64,000 nt of DNA from Marinicella sp. (GTDB lineage Bacteria; Pseudomonadota; Gammaproteobacteria; Xanthomonadales; Marinicellaceae). The notes under the pieces were generated by a model. It searched no databases, was not told where the DNA came from, and saw only the letters and a list, made by a program, of their open reading frames with translations. The stretch lies in contig OZ246001.1 of NCBI GenBank assembly GCA_965230295.1, positions 1,504,001 through 1,568,000 of the forward strand. The letters run 5' to 3'. The translations under genes and the position numbers were made by a program. This document shows positions 1 through 9,201 of this stretch, in pieces (the stretch's first letter is position 1; every line of letters starts with the position of its first letter).

Positions 1-2
1 CC

Positions 3-2363
3 AGTGATGGCACCCACAGAACCATCAGTGGTAACAACCAACACAGGCCCTTATTTATCAGGTCAGGCCAGGTTAACATCAACAATTTGACCCTTTCAAA
101 CGGACGGGCCCAAGGTGGCAGTTCGCGATTAGGCGGCTATGGTGCTGGCTTGGGAGGAAGTCTCTTTATTTATGACGGCCAGGTCAATTTGGAATCAGTC
201 GTCATCAGCCAATCTGTGGCTGTTGGTGGCTCTAGAGACGAATGTTTAAATGCAGGTATTTTCTGCGAAGGTGGTGGCGGCATGTTTGGATACGGCCTCA
301 ATGGAGGTGGCGGTCTGTTTGGCTCAATTTTAACTGGCAACGCTGGCGCTTATGGGGGCTATGGGCTGTATCAAAACCCAGATCCCATGTTTGGGCAAGG
401 CGGACAAGCCCGCAACCCTTCAGCAGGTCAAAACGGTGGCTTTGGCGGCGGTGGCGGCTACGGTTTCTATGATGCAGGTGGTCATGGCGGCTTTGGCGGC
501 GGTGGTGGCCACACCTACGATTATACTTGCGCCAGTTATGGTGGCAGCTATTGTACATATTATCCAGGTGATGGAGGGTTTGGTGCTGGTGGAGGTAAAG
601 CCACCAGCTACACCGCTCGGAATGGCACAGCCGGCTTTGGTGGTTACCAACATCTGGCCGCTGGCTTGGGAGGTGGTGTCTTCGTCAGATCTGGTCAAGT
701 CAGTTTTGCCGATGTTACCATCAGTAACAACCTGGCTATGAGCTCAAATGATTCTGGCCAAAATTCTGAAGGTTTAGGCGGTGGGATCTTTGTCATGCAC
801 ACCCTATCCAACCCCAATGGTAATCAACAAGGCATGCCTACAACCTTACCTTCAGTGACAGGTTGTGGTGTGAGTTTTTTTGGCAATACATCCGACACAG
901 ACTCAGGTAGCGCTGATAACAACGATGATTTATTTGACTTGGCTGGTAACATTTCGGGTGTGGGCGGAGGGGTCATTACCGACCCTTGTCCTGGATCAGA
1001 ACAAGATATTTTGGTATCCGGAAATGGCACGGAAATTACGGATGGTGACACCACACCAGAGATTGGCGATTTCACCTTTTTAGGTTCTGCACAAATCATG
1101 GGGCAGTCAGTAACCCAGAGATTTGAAATCACCAATGTGGGTGTAACTGACTTGAACCTAACGGGTATACCCATCATTGAATTACAAAACAACAATGGTC
1201 AGTTTAGTGTGACATCCCAACCTCAAATTACCCAGTTAAGCCAAGGTCAAACCGTTGGCTTTGATGTGACATTCACGCCCTCCTCAGAAGGCACTGATAC
1301 AGCCACTGTGGTGATTCAAAATGATGACCCGGATGAGGCACCTTATGACTTCACGATAGAAGCTGAAGGGGTTGCCCAAGCACCGGTGTTACAGGTGTTG
1401 GGTAATGGTACTGAAATTATTTTTGCAGACAACACCCCCAATCCAGATGACAACACCGATTTCGGCTACACACCGGTGGCAAATGGCATGATTGAAAAAA
1501 CATTTGAACTTAAAAACATTGGCTTGGCACCATTGAATTTATCTGATGTGCAATTGTTTCAGTTTAACAATGATTTTTCCATCACCCAAAACATCACCGA
1601 CGCCACTCTGGACACTGATGAGTCAACCTTTGTGACGGTGCGACTGGATCCTGAAAATGCCGGCCCCAGTTCATTCACTGCTTTTGAAGTGTATGATGAC
1701 AACTTCAACTTTTTGCATTTCCACCAAATAACCGGTTATGGCCAACCCTCGTTGATCATCAATTCTGAGGTCAATTACGTTCAGGAAGGTGGCACTGCCG
1801 AATTCACTGTCAGCACCGATGTGCCACCCACTGAAAGCTTGAATTTCTTGTGGCAAGTCACTGGTCAAGTGGACTCGCAAGACTTCCCAGCGGGTCTTCC
1901 ATCAGGTGCTGGAATTGTCTCCGATCAATCCAATGACTTCTCCATTCAATTCCAGACCCGACAGGATGGGGTATATGAGGGGCCGGAATTATTTACAGTG
2001 GTACTCAGTACAACAGACCCAAGACTGGCCCTTGGATTCCCCAGTGTTTCTGGTGGTGTGATTGATGACGATTTGATCTTTGCTGATGGATTTAACCCTG
2101 CCAGTCTTAACCAGGTCCTGTCCGGAATGGCACGCTATGCCATTGATGGCGACAACTTGCCCAGTTGTGATGTTGAGTCTTGTCAGTTTTTAAACCGCAG
2201 CATGGATTTAAGCCGTGATCATGTATGGAATATCAATGATGTGATTGCATGGTTTGAAGAAACCCTGGTGATGGTACAACCCAATGGCGACTGGGACGGT
2301 GATGGCCTGCCCAACCACCATGACTTGAATCCTTTTGGTTTATCACAAAAACTGAAGGATTGA
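3..2363 (+). CDS. Secreted/surface glycine-rich protein with two choice-of-anchor D (Ig-like) repeats and a Calx-beta-like domain; 5' end lies outside the window
   Basis: Frame is open from position 3. It has GGFGGGGG repeats, two 'V.GNGTEI..D.TP...D.T..G' Ig-like repeats, a 'QDGVYEGPELFTVVL' Calx-beta-like segment and a DLIFADGF motif at 2070-2093. Confidence 0.75.
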   Translation, partial: SDGTHRTISGNNQHRPLFIRSGQVNINNLTLSNGRAQGGSSRLGGYGAGLGGSLFIYDGQVNLESVVISQSVAVGGSRDECLNAGIFCEGGGGMFGYGLNGGGGLFGSILTGNAGAYGGYGLYQNPDPMFGQGGQARNPSAGQNGGFGGGGGYGFYDAGGHGGFGGGGGHTYDYTCASYGGSYCTYYPGDGGFGAGGGKATSYTARNGTAGFGGYQHLAAGLGGGVFVRSGQVSFADVTISNNLAMSSNDSGQNSEGLGGGIFVMHTLSNPNGNQQGMPTTLPSVTGCGVSFFGNTSDTDSGSADNNDDLFDLAGNISGVGGGVITDPCPGSEQDILVSGNGTEITDGDTTPEIGDFTFLGSAQIMGQSVTQRFEITNVGVTDLNLTGIPIIELQNNNGQFSVTSQPQITQLSQGQTVGFDVTFTPSSEGTDTATVVIQNDDPDEAPYDFTIEAEGVAQAPVLQVLGNGTEIIFADNTPNPDDNTDFGYTPVANGMIEKTFELKNIGLAPLNLSDVQLFQFNNDFSITQNITDATLDTDESTFVTVRLDPENAGPSSFTAFEVYDDNFNFLHFHQITGYGQPSLIINSEVNYVQEGGTAEFTVSTDVPPTESLNFLWQVTGQVDSQDFPAGLPSGAGIVSDQSNDFSIQFQTRQDGVYEGPELFTVVLSTTDPRLALGFPSVSGGVIDDDLIFADGFNPASLNQVLSGMARYAIDGDNLPSCDVESCQFLNRSMDLSRDHVWNINDVIAWFEETLVMVQPNGDWDGDGLPNHHDLNPFGLSQKLKD

Positions 2364-2369
2364 CATGTT

Positions 2370-2409
2370 AACCCATTCAATCAAGCGATATCATTCGATT
2401 GAATGGGTT
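2370..2409 (+). terminator. Hairpin downstream of the first gene
   Basis: aacccattcaatc...gattgaatgggtt, a 13-bp inverted repeat just after the stop codon; no clear U-tract. Confidence 0.45.
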
Positions 2410-2552
2410 GACTGCAGTGGACGAGTATATTCGGTGTGTCTATATGCGCATCATAAAACAACAAGTCTGGCTTACTGGTTCAACCCAATCAGCAAGGGTA
2501 ACAACCAAAGAAAAAACTTGAATCATTGTTCGACATTGCGGTCCATTTAACC

Positions 2553-3116
2553 ATGCGACTATTCATTATCATGCTGTTGACCATGTCTTATGCAACTGCA
2601 AACCCGTTGGTTGAAGCGGCCAAAGAAAGGCTCAAACATGTGGTCATATATGACGGCGCTTACCAGCGCATAGATTACCCCAATGGCGATGTGTCTCCGA
2701 ATAAAGGGGTCTGCACTGATGTCATCATCAGATCCTACAGGTCCTTAGGCGTGGACCTTCAAAAGCTGGTTCATGAAGACATGAAAAACGATTTCAGCGA
2801 ATACCCCAATCACTGGGGACTGAGCAAACCAGACTCCAACATCGATCATCGCAGGGTGCCAAATTTAGAGACATATTTTGCTCGACATGCCACCACATTA
2901 CCGATCACAGACAACCCTGCAGACTACCAACCTGGAGATTTGGTGACTTGGCGTCTGAATGGATCAAACCTGCCTCACATCGGTGTGGTCAGCGATCAGA
3001 AAGCTGGCAGTGGAAACTACAAAATCATCCACAACATCGGTTGGGGTCCAAAACTGGATGACATGTTATTTGATCACCGCATCCATGGACATTACCGATT
3101 CAACCCGGGTAACTGA
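2553..3116 (+). CDS. DUF1287 (YijF-like) exported protein
   Basis: Signal peptide plus the motifs YPNGDV...GVCTDVIIR, DSNIDHRRVPNL and HIGVVS...IIHNIG. Confidence 0.85.
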   Translation: MRLFIIMLLTMSYATANPLVEAAKERLKHVVIYDGAYQRIDYPNGDVSPNKGVCTDVIIRSYRSLGVDLQKLVHEDMKNDFSEYPNHWGLSKPDSNIDHRRVPNLETYFARHATTLPITDNPADYQPGDLVTWRLNGSNLPHIGVVSDQKAGSGNYKIIHNIGWGPKLDDMLFDHRIHGHYRFNPGN

Positions 3117-3117
3117 A

Positions 3118-4380
3118 TCAATCAATTTTATTGAGCTTCTCAATGCCTTTTAAATAAGAACTGATGCCTTTGGTGTTGGCTGTTTGCTGGTATTTTTTGA
3201 TCAGTGTTTGACACAATTTTTTCGCTTGATCCATTTTGTTGTGTTGGTAATATATTTTTGCCACCAAAAAGAAATTACTGACAATTTGTTCATGCTCCAA
3301 TGGGTAACGCTTATCGAAATCCCGACACAATTTCAGGACCTGATTGAACTGGTTTTTATCAAACGCATATTGAATCAATTGGCTGATGGTTGCGGCCTGA
3401 TCAGGCTTCAACAAATGACCGTCATCTGCATAGGATAAATACAGTTCAACAGCTTCTTTCAGTTGGCCGTCATCCACCATACTTTGAAACTTATCTACGG
3501 GTCGCTGACGTTTCTGATGAACCAGTAAGGATTGTGCTTGTGCCAAATAGGTATCCAAATCTGTTCTGCCATCTTCTTTTTTCAGTTCATTGATGATGTT
3601 GATCGCTTCTTGCGGTTTGCTGTCTTCAAGCAATTGCAAGACCCTGTCCTTGATGGGGTCTTCTGGATGTGTGGTTTGGGTATCCACCACTTCAACATCC
3701 ACCGTATCATGGCCCAATTCATCGGCATGACGATACATCACATACCCAATCACCAAAAACGTAAACACCAACAAAAAATACAAAACCCATGCAGTGATGA
3801 CACTGCCAATCAAACCAGGCAATAGATCAATGGTGTAGTACCTGAATGCCAAATTGAAAGCCGCACACAACAAAAAAAACACCAACAATAAAATATATTC
3901 TGTCCCAATGCGAGTCATGACTGTCATCAGATTAACAGGATTGAATGATTCAACCACGCTTTGGGTCTTGCTGAGCATCATCAAATAAGCTGGCGTCACC
4001 ACAATGGTGACAATCAACAAAGCCAGACCCACCGGTGGATCACTGCGATAAACAAAGATAAATATCAGCAGCTGTACCACAGCCATAGCAATGGCTTTGA
4101 AGCCAATGTTGTCATCAATTTCATAAGATCGGCTGTCGGCATATTCCATTTGCCCGCTGGATACCGTGTGCAACACTTCAAATGCCAGTTTATAGGAGGC
4201 CAAAAACAACATCGCTGCAATCAACAAAGACAAGACCAGTGAAGGAATGGCCAATAACAAGTTGGCAGCAGCGAGCAAGGTGATTTGATAATACAGTTTT
4301 TCTTGATTCAAGTAACGGAAGAAAAAGCCAAATTTCCGCCAAAAAGGTGGTGGGTTATGTTCCATGTCTATATCACTCAA
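3118..4380 (-). CDS. Membrane protein with about 6 TM segments and a C-terminal TPR-like helical region
   Basis: 420-aa ORF with a hydrophobic N-terminal half and a helical-repeat C-terminus. Confidence 0.65.
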   Translation of the reverse strand: MSDIDMEHNPPPFWRKFGFFFRYLNQEKLYYQITLLAAANLLLAIPSLVLSLLIAAMLFLASYKLAFEVLHTVSSGQMEYADSRSYEIDDNIGFKAIAMAVVQLLIFIFVYRSDPPVGLALLIVTIVVTPAYLMMLSKTQSVVESFNPVNLMTVMTRIGTEYILLLVFFLLCAAFNLAFRYYTIDLLPGLIGSVITAWVLYFLLVFTFLVIGYVMYRHADELGHDTVDVEVVDTQTTHPEDPIKDRVLQLLEDSKPQEAINIINELKKEDGRTDLDTYLAQAQSLLVHQKRQRPVDKFQSMVDDGQLKEAVELYLSYADDGHLLKPDQAATISQLIQYAFDKNQFNQVLKLCRDFDKRYPLEHEQIVSNFFLVAKIYYQHNKMDQAKKLCQTLIKKYQQTANTKGISSYLKGIEKLNKID

Positions 4381-4487
4381 TGGGTCGACTAAAGTCTATT
4401 ATTTTAACTCAAGTCTAGCAGTGATTGGAGACTGTGGTGGGGCTATGTTGCCACAAAAAAGGCCTGTTTCCAGGCCTTCAATTCAAT

Positions 4488-4750
4488 GGAGAGCTGATGA
4501 TCAGCTCGACCGGCGCACTCGGTTAGGCAGATCATGTAAGAATGGCGATTTGACAAAGTCAAGAAGCCTTGATGGAGTGATCGATAAGCCGTGAAGCCTC
4601 GCTGGTCGCTTCCGCATCCTGCTCACGCGACAGACCTACATCCCTGTAAGCCAGTCAGAGAGTGCAAGCCCGAGGTAGTAAGCCATGTCCGCCGCGGCCG
4701 CTTTCACTTTTGTAGGAACAAAAGTGAATGAAGTCCCAAGGACATTCCTT
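4488..4750 (+). repeat. Dispersed structured intergenic element, copy A
   Basis: Shares the 5' hairpin gga.arctg.tga.cagyt and the 3' core cgaggtag...ctttcacttttgt..acaaaagtgaatgaag.cccaag..cattcctt with the copies at 21790 and 37432. Confidence 0.8.
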
Positions 4751-4765
4751 ATTCTGGTGCAAAAT

Positions 4766-6415
4766 TCATTGGACCTTAAGTAACTTTAACGTTTTTACTC
4801 TGATGGATTCTTGCTCAAGTCGGGCTTGCTCCCTTTTCATAGCCTGTACATCATCACGCAATTGTGCCCTTTCTTTTTCTAAAAGTGCATGCATTTGCGC
4901 CTCTTGTTTTTGTTGCTGAACTTGCAGTTGTCTTCGTTGTTGATCAAGCTGGGCCAATTGTTGTTTGATCTCTGCTTTTTCCTGGTTGAGTTTTTCTGTC
5001 ATGTGATCCAGTTCCCTTTGCATCTCCTGCAAATCTACTTCTGTATCTTGGTGTTTGGCCATGGCCTGCTCCTGTTCCCTCAAAGCCATTTCAACCGCTT
5101 CCATCTTTGCTTCACGCATTCGCTCGATTTCTTCGGCTTCTTCTCTTTCTTTGGCTTCATGCAAGTCTTCAATTTCTGCTGCTTCATGCCTGTGACCGGC
5201 ATGAGGAACGGCCGCCGGTGCCTGAACTGGGTGAGGTGCAACCACGCCATCAATATGGGGGTCAATGGCTGGTGTTGGAACGATCTCAGGTTGTGGTGGT
5301 TGAGCTACAGAATGAAGCGAGGGTACAGCTGGCACTTGCAAATGTGGCATTTCAGGTGAGGCAGGCCGGGGTGCTGTTGGTACAGTAACCTCAGACACTG
5401 GATCGCTGTGTTCAATGACTGTTGCTTCATGCGCAGAGGTGAGTTGAGATGCAGTAATCAGCAAAGTGGTTAAACTGGCTGAAATCAACAACAGGCTTTG
5501 TTTATTTGAATTCATGATTGGGCTCCTTTGTTGGGGGTTTAATATTAGATTCAGTCGCTGGTACATGGCGCTGGGTTGGGCCATCAAAGTCGTGACTTGG
5601 GTCAAGGGTTGTTGACATGCTGGATGAAATGACAACAATGTTTCGACATAACGGGAAGGCGGAACTTGCTGCCGCAACACCAGCTCATCACAAGCTTGTT
5701 CAAAGCTGTTGATGAGTTGTTTCTTAACCCACCACAGCATGGGATTGAACCAAAACAAGGCTGTGAACGTGTGGGCAAACATCATCCAAAACCAATCTTT
5801 GCGTTTGATGTGGGCCAATTCATGCATCAGTATCACACGAAAAGCTTCATCATTTCGGATGTTCTCAGGTATCAGAACCACTGGCTTGAACAAACCCCAG
5901 GTACAAGGTGACCTGAATGTTGGTGTCACTTTAATGGATGGCGATTGTGCTAAATTCAGTTGATTGGCACAGCGTTCAGCGATTTGATGCCATTCAAGTC
6001 GGTTGATCTTTTCAGCCGCAGCTGTGATTTGATACAGTTTGATGATTTGGTGGATTATGCGAGCCACCAAGGCCAAGCTGACCAACAAGACCAACCATGC
6101 CCAAACTGGCATGACAGGCTCTGTCGGTTGAGACGCTGCAAAATTATTCTGCCACACGGCTGGCTCAACCAGATGCGGCAAGACCTGTTCATGAGATTGG
6201 CCAACAGCCGGTAAAATGGGTAACTGGAGAAATAACAGGTGTTGGTTAAGCCACGGCAGAAACAGCAACACCATCATGCCTATACGCCAAATCCACGCAT
6301 GTGTTGCTGCACTGAACTGACACCGCTTAAGTTGTATCAACAACAGCAAAACCAGGGCCATCTTGACTGCCAGTTGTAGCCAAGGGTTGTAGACAATCAT
6401 TAACCCGTCCATCAT
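4766..6415 (-). CDS. BlaR1/MecR1-like M56 metallopeptidase with Pro-rich and coiled-coil C-terminus
   Basis: HELAH zinc motif, FWFNP..W and EQACDE motifs; ATGA overlap with the upstream BlaI-like gene. Confidence 0.9.
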   Translation of the reverse strand: MMDGLMIVYNPWLQLAVKMALVLLLLIQLKRCQFSAATHAWIWRIGMMVLLFLPWLNQHLLFLQLPILPAVGQSHEQVLPHLVEPAVWQNNFAASQPTEPVMPVWAWLVLLVSLALVARIIHQIIKLYQITAAAEKINRLEWHQIAERCANQLNLAQSPSIKVTPTFRSPCTWGLFKPVVLIPENIRNDEAFRVILMHELAHIKRKDWFWMMFAHTFTALFWFNPMLWWVKKQLINSFEQACDELVLRQQVPPSRYVETLLSFHPACQQPLTQVTTLMAQPSAMYQRLNLILNPQQRSPIMNSNKQSLLLISASLTTLLITASQLTSAHEATVIEHSDPVSEVTVPTAPRPASPEMPHLQVPAVPSLHSVAQPPQPEIVPTPAIDPHIDGVVAPHPVQAPAAVPHAGHRHEAAEIEDLHEAKEREEAEEIERMREAKMEAVEMALREQEQAMAKHQDTEVDLQEMQRELDHMTEKLNQEKAEIKQQLAQLDQQRRQLQVQQQKQEAQMHALLEKERAQLRDDVQAMKREQARLEQESIRVKTLKLLKVQ

Positions 6416-6804
6416 GACCCTCGCTTTTTGGCTGCTTTTAGTTGTTGCATGATCTGTGACAATTCTTCTTCATTCAAGCCATCTTTTTCCATCCCAAGCA
6501 AAGCACTTACGGCAGCTGCAGGTGAATCATTAAAGAATGTTTTCATGACATTTTTCAATGCACTTTGTTTGGCTTCACCGGTATCCATCACCGCTTGATA
6601 AATGTACTTGGCACCTTGTTGATGATAAGTCAGGCATTCTTTATTGACCAATCGGGACATCATGGCCCTGACTGCAGAATAACTGGGCGGGTCTGGTAAC
6701 TCTGAGAGTACATCTTGCGCGGTGGCTTGACCGCGAGCAAATACGATGTCCATGATTTGGCGTTCGCGACGGCTGAGTTGGTTGTAGGGTTCTGAATATT
6801 GCAT
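6412..6804 (-). CDS. BlaI/MecI/CopY family transcriptional repressor
   Basis: LSRRERQIMDI...PSYSAVRAM..RL..K winged helix; start taken at MQYSEP (6804). Confidence 0.9.
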   Translation of the reverse strand: MQYSEPYNQLSRRERQIMDIVFARGQATAQDVLSELPDPPSYSAVRAMMSRLVNKECLTYHQQGAKYIYQAVMDTGEAKQSALKNVMKTFFNDSPAAAVSALLGMEKDGLNEEELSQIMQQLKAAKKRGS

Positions 6805-6817
6805 AGTGTTAAATTTG

Positions 6818-6842
6818 TAGCATGATGCTAATAATGTAGCAT
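6818..6842. promoter_or_regulatory. Candidate BlaI-type operator
   Basis: Overlapping inverted repeats tagcat-g-atgcta and atgcta-N6-tagcat directly upstream of the repressor start. Confidence 0.5.
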
Positions 6843-6981
6843 TAAGTTTTAAATTGCAAGAAAATTCTTTGGTTTTTTCCTGTGTCGATGTTTTCTTACA
6901 AAACGCATCCATAATATTGGCAGTCTTTTGTTGTACCTATAGATACACTGTGGTTGTGTTTGAAAATAAAGGAAAAGGACC

Positions 6982-7191
6982 ATGCAAAATCATTTTGTAC
7001 AACAATTGAAGTCTCGAAATCTGGCCAATCAGCGAGCCAAAACAATCAAAAAGAAAATCAGGTATTTGCAAAGAGAATTGGTACGAGCCTCATTTATGGG
7101 CGAAGAAAAAATTGGCTTGTGTCAGAAATTATTGAAATTAATCAAGCAGGAACGCAAGAAAATCACTGAACTCAGTCAACCATACCAATGA
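6982..7191 (+). CDS. Small basic helical hypothetical protein
   Basis: aagga RBS; 69 aa; resembles the protein at 57318-57536. Confidence 0.6.
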   Translation: MQNHFVQQLKSRNLANQRAKTIKKKIRYLQRELVRASFMGEEKIGLCQKLLKLIKQERKKITELSQPYQ

Positions 7192-7212
7192 ACACAGGAT
7201 GGCTTTGATGTC

Positions 7213-8352
7213 TTAGGCCAATGCTTGATGCCAATCTGCAACCAAATCCTCTATATGTTCAATGCCAACTGAAATGCGAATTAAGTTCTCAGGCGTGGAA
7301 CTGGCCGGACCTTCTACAGATTTGCGGTGTTCCACCAAACTCTCAACACCGCCTAAGGACGTGGCGGCAGTGAACAGCTTTAATTGAGCAATCACGGCCA
7401 TTGATGAAGTTTGATCATCACCGATCTCAACAGATAACATGGCACCACAGCCATCCGGGTTTTGTTTTTGCGCAATGGCATGTTGGGGATGACCAGGTAA
7501 ATCGGGGAAATGGACTTTTTTAACTTTCGGATGATCAGATAAATAGACCGCTAATTTCTTGGCATTGGCCACTTGTTGACAGATGCGCAACTTCATGGTT
7601 TTGATGCCCCGTGTGATCAACCAACTGTCAAAGGCAGAAGGAACGGCACCACTGAGGTTCTGTATGTTGGCTAAACGCCCTAAAAATTCGTCAGGTGTCT
7701 GTTCACCCACCACCAAAGCACCACTGAGAGAATCTGAGTGGCCGCCAAAGTATTTGGTGGTCGAGTACATCACCGCATCGGCTCCTAACTCCAAAGGTCG
7801 CTGTAGCACTGGTGTACACCAGGTGTTATCAACCACGCACAGGGCACCATTTCGGTGTGCCACATCTGCCACCGCCTTGATGTCTGTCACTTTAAGTAAT
7901 GGATTAGACGGTGATTCAATCCAAATCAATCTGGTGTTGGGTTTAACCGCTGCCCGGACAGCCTGCAAATCAGTCATGTCCACTTGGGTATGACTCAAGT
8001 TCCAGTTGACAAACAATTCAGTCATGGTACGTCTGAGCTCATAATAAGCATCATCCGGAACGATGACATGGTCTCCTGCCTGAAGAGATTGAAGAACGGT
8101 GTTGATCGCGGCCATCCCTGAAGCAAAGGCAAACGCCCGACTACCACCTTCAATTTGAGCCAAAGCCGATTCCAACAATTGTCTGTTGGGATTGTGTTTG
8201 CGGGAGTAAATAAAACCACTGGCATAGCTGCCATCATCTTCTCGTTTGAATGTAGTCGATGGGTAAATGGCATTGGCCACAGAGCCGGTTTCATCCCCTG
8301 TTGGTTCAGTGGCCTGAATGGCCCGGGTTTCAAAGTGAATCTTTTTTGTCAT
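7213..8352 (-). CDS. Cystathionine gamma-synthase/lyase family PLP enzyme
   Basis: YSR..NP, FASGMAA, ESPSNP, DNT, STTKYFGGHSD, SLGGVESL and RISVGIE motifs. Confidence 0.92.
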   Translation of the reverse strand: MTKKIHFETRAIQATEPTGDETGSVANAIYPSTTFKREDDGSYASGFIYSRKHNPNRQLLESALAQIEGGSRAFAFASGMAAINTVLQSLQAGDHVIVPDDAYYELRRTMTELFVNWNLSHTQVDMTDLQAVRAAVKPNTRLIWIESPSNPLLKVTDIKAVADVAHRNGALCVVDNTWCTPVLQRPLELGADAVMYSTTKYFGGHSDSLSGALVVGEQTPDEFLGRLANIQNLSGAVPSAFDSWLITRGIKTMKLRICQQVANAKKLAVYLSDHPKVKKVHFPDLPGHPQHAIAQKQNPDGCGAMLSVEIGDDQTSSMAVIAQLKLFTAATSLGGVESLVEHRKSVEGPASSTPENLIRISVGIEHIEDLVADWHQALA

Positions 8353-8525
8353 GACTATAGATAGTGTCGGTGGTGATGAATGTATATTATCTTGTATTTG
8401 ATACAATTAAGCCTGTAATTATTTTAAATTCTATCGATTCGTCCTTTAAGGAAGCCCGAGGATGACGGTAGTTGGAAACATCCAAATTGAAACCAATGAC
8501 ATTTAATCTAATATAAAATAACCCT

Positions 8526-9143
8526 ATGAATTTAGAAAAACTGAAAGCCGCTGAAGCGCAATTTTTACAACTGTACCCTTTGGGGTTTGATGACCCTGAA
8601 ATGCAAAAAATTGGCAAGAAACACAAGATGCCACAAATGATTGAGCAGTGCCAAACCCTGTTTGCTGAGCTTGAATTCAACAAACCGCACATCATCGTGG
8701 CAAACATGGTGAAAATGATCAGTCGTTCGTCCATGGTATCGATGTTTGAAAAACCGAAGTTTCGCGACTTTGTCAAATCATTACCTGGTGGTGATGTGGA
8801 TCGGTTGAGTGAGGCCTTTTTTGAACAGCTGTACGGCAACCAACAACAAGGTTTTGAGCAAATGCTGGACTTACTGCGCAGCCAAAAACTGGCCAAGTGG
8901 TCACTGATTTCCATCCTACCCAATTACGTTTACCCAAACCAAGAGGTGTTTGTCAAACCCACCACTGCCAAAGGTGTGATTGCTCATTTTGAGTTAGAAG
9001 ACCTGGTTTATAAACCGCAACCCACTTGGGATTTTTATCAAAAATACCAATCACAGATCTTAGACATGAAACAACACGTCGACCACACACTGACATCAAG
9101 CAACGCCGCTTTCTCTGGGTTTTTGATGATGAGTATGCAGTAA
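8526..9143 (+). CDS. Hypothetical protein
   Basis: 205-aa ORF with ATG start and protein-like composition. Confidence 0.7.
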   Translation: MNLEKLKAAEAQFLQLYPLGFDDPEMQKIGKKHKMPQMIEQCQTLFAELEFNKPHIIVANMVKMISRSSMVSMFEKPKFRDFVKSLPGGDVDRLSEAFFEQLYGNQQQGFEQMLDLLRSQKLAKWSLISILPNYVYPNQEVFVKPTTAKGVIAHFELEDLVYKPQPTWDFYQKYQSQILDMKQHVDHTLTSSNAAFSGFLMMSMQ

Positions 9144-9201
9144 GGAAAGTTCTTGGGGCTAAGGTTTCCGGCTCAAGCTGCCCAGCCGCCTTCCTGTGTG
9201 T

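Noticed and set aside
430-650. ggcggctttggcggcggtggtggc nucleotide repeats
   Set aside because: Explained by GGFGGGGG repeats in the encoded protein.
4494-4500. CUGAUGA in repeat copy A suggesting a hammerhead ribozyme
   Set aside because: Not conserved in copies B (ctggtga) and C (ctgctga), and it sits inside a hairpin with no properly placed GAAA.
4685-4750. HDV-like or twister ribozyme reading of the repeat core (gtcccaag; CAA before a closing stem)
   Set aside because: No HDV P3/L3 loop or twister P4 and pseudoknot partners could be assigned.
8387-8923. Long antisense ORFs (also 28789-29424, 15244-15741, 58014-58478)
   Set aside because: Shadow frames of better-supported genes on the opposite strand.
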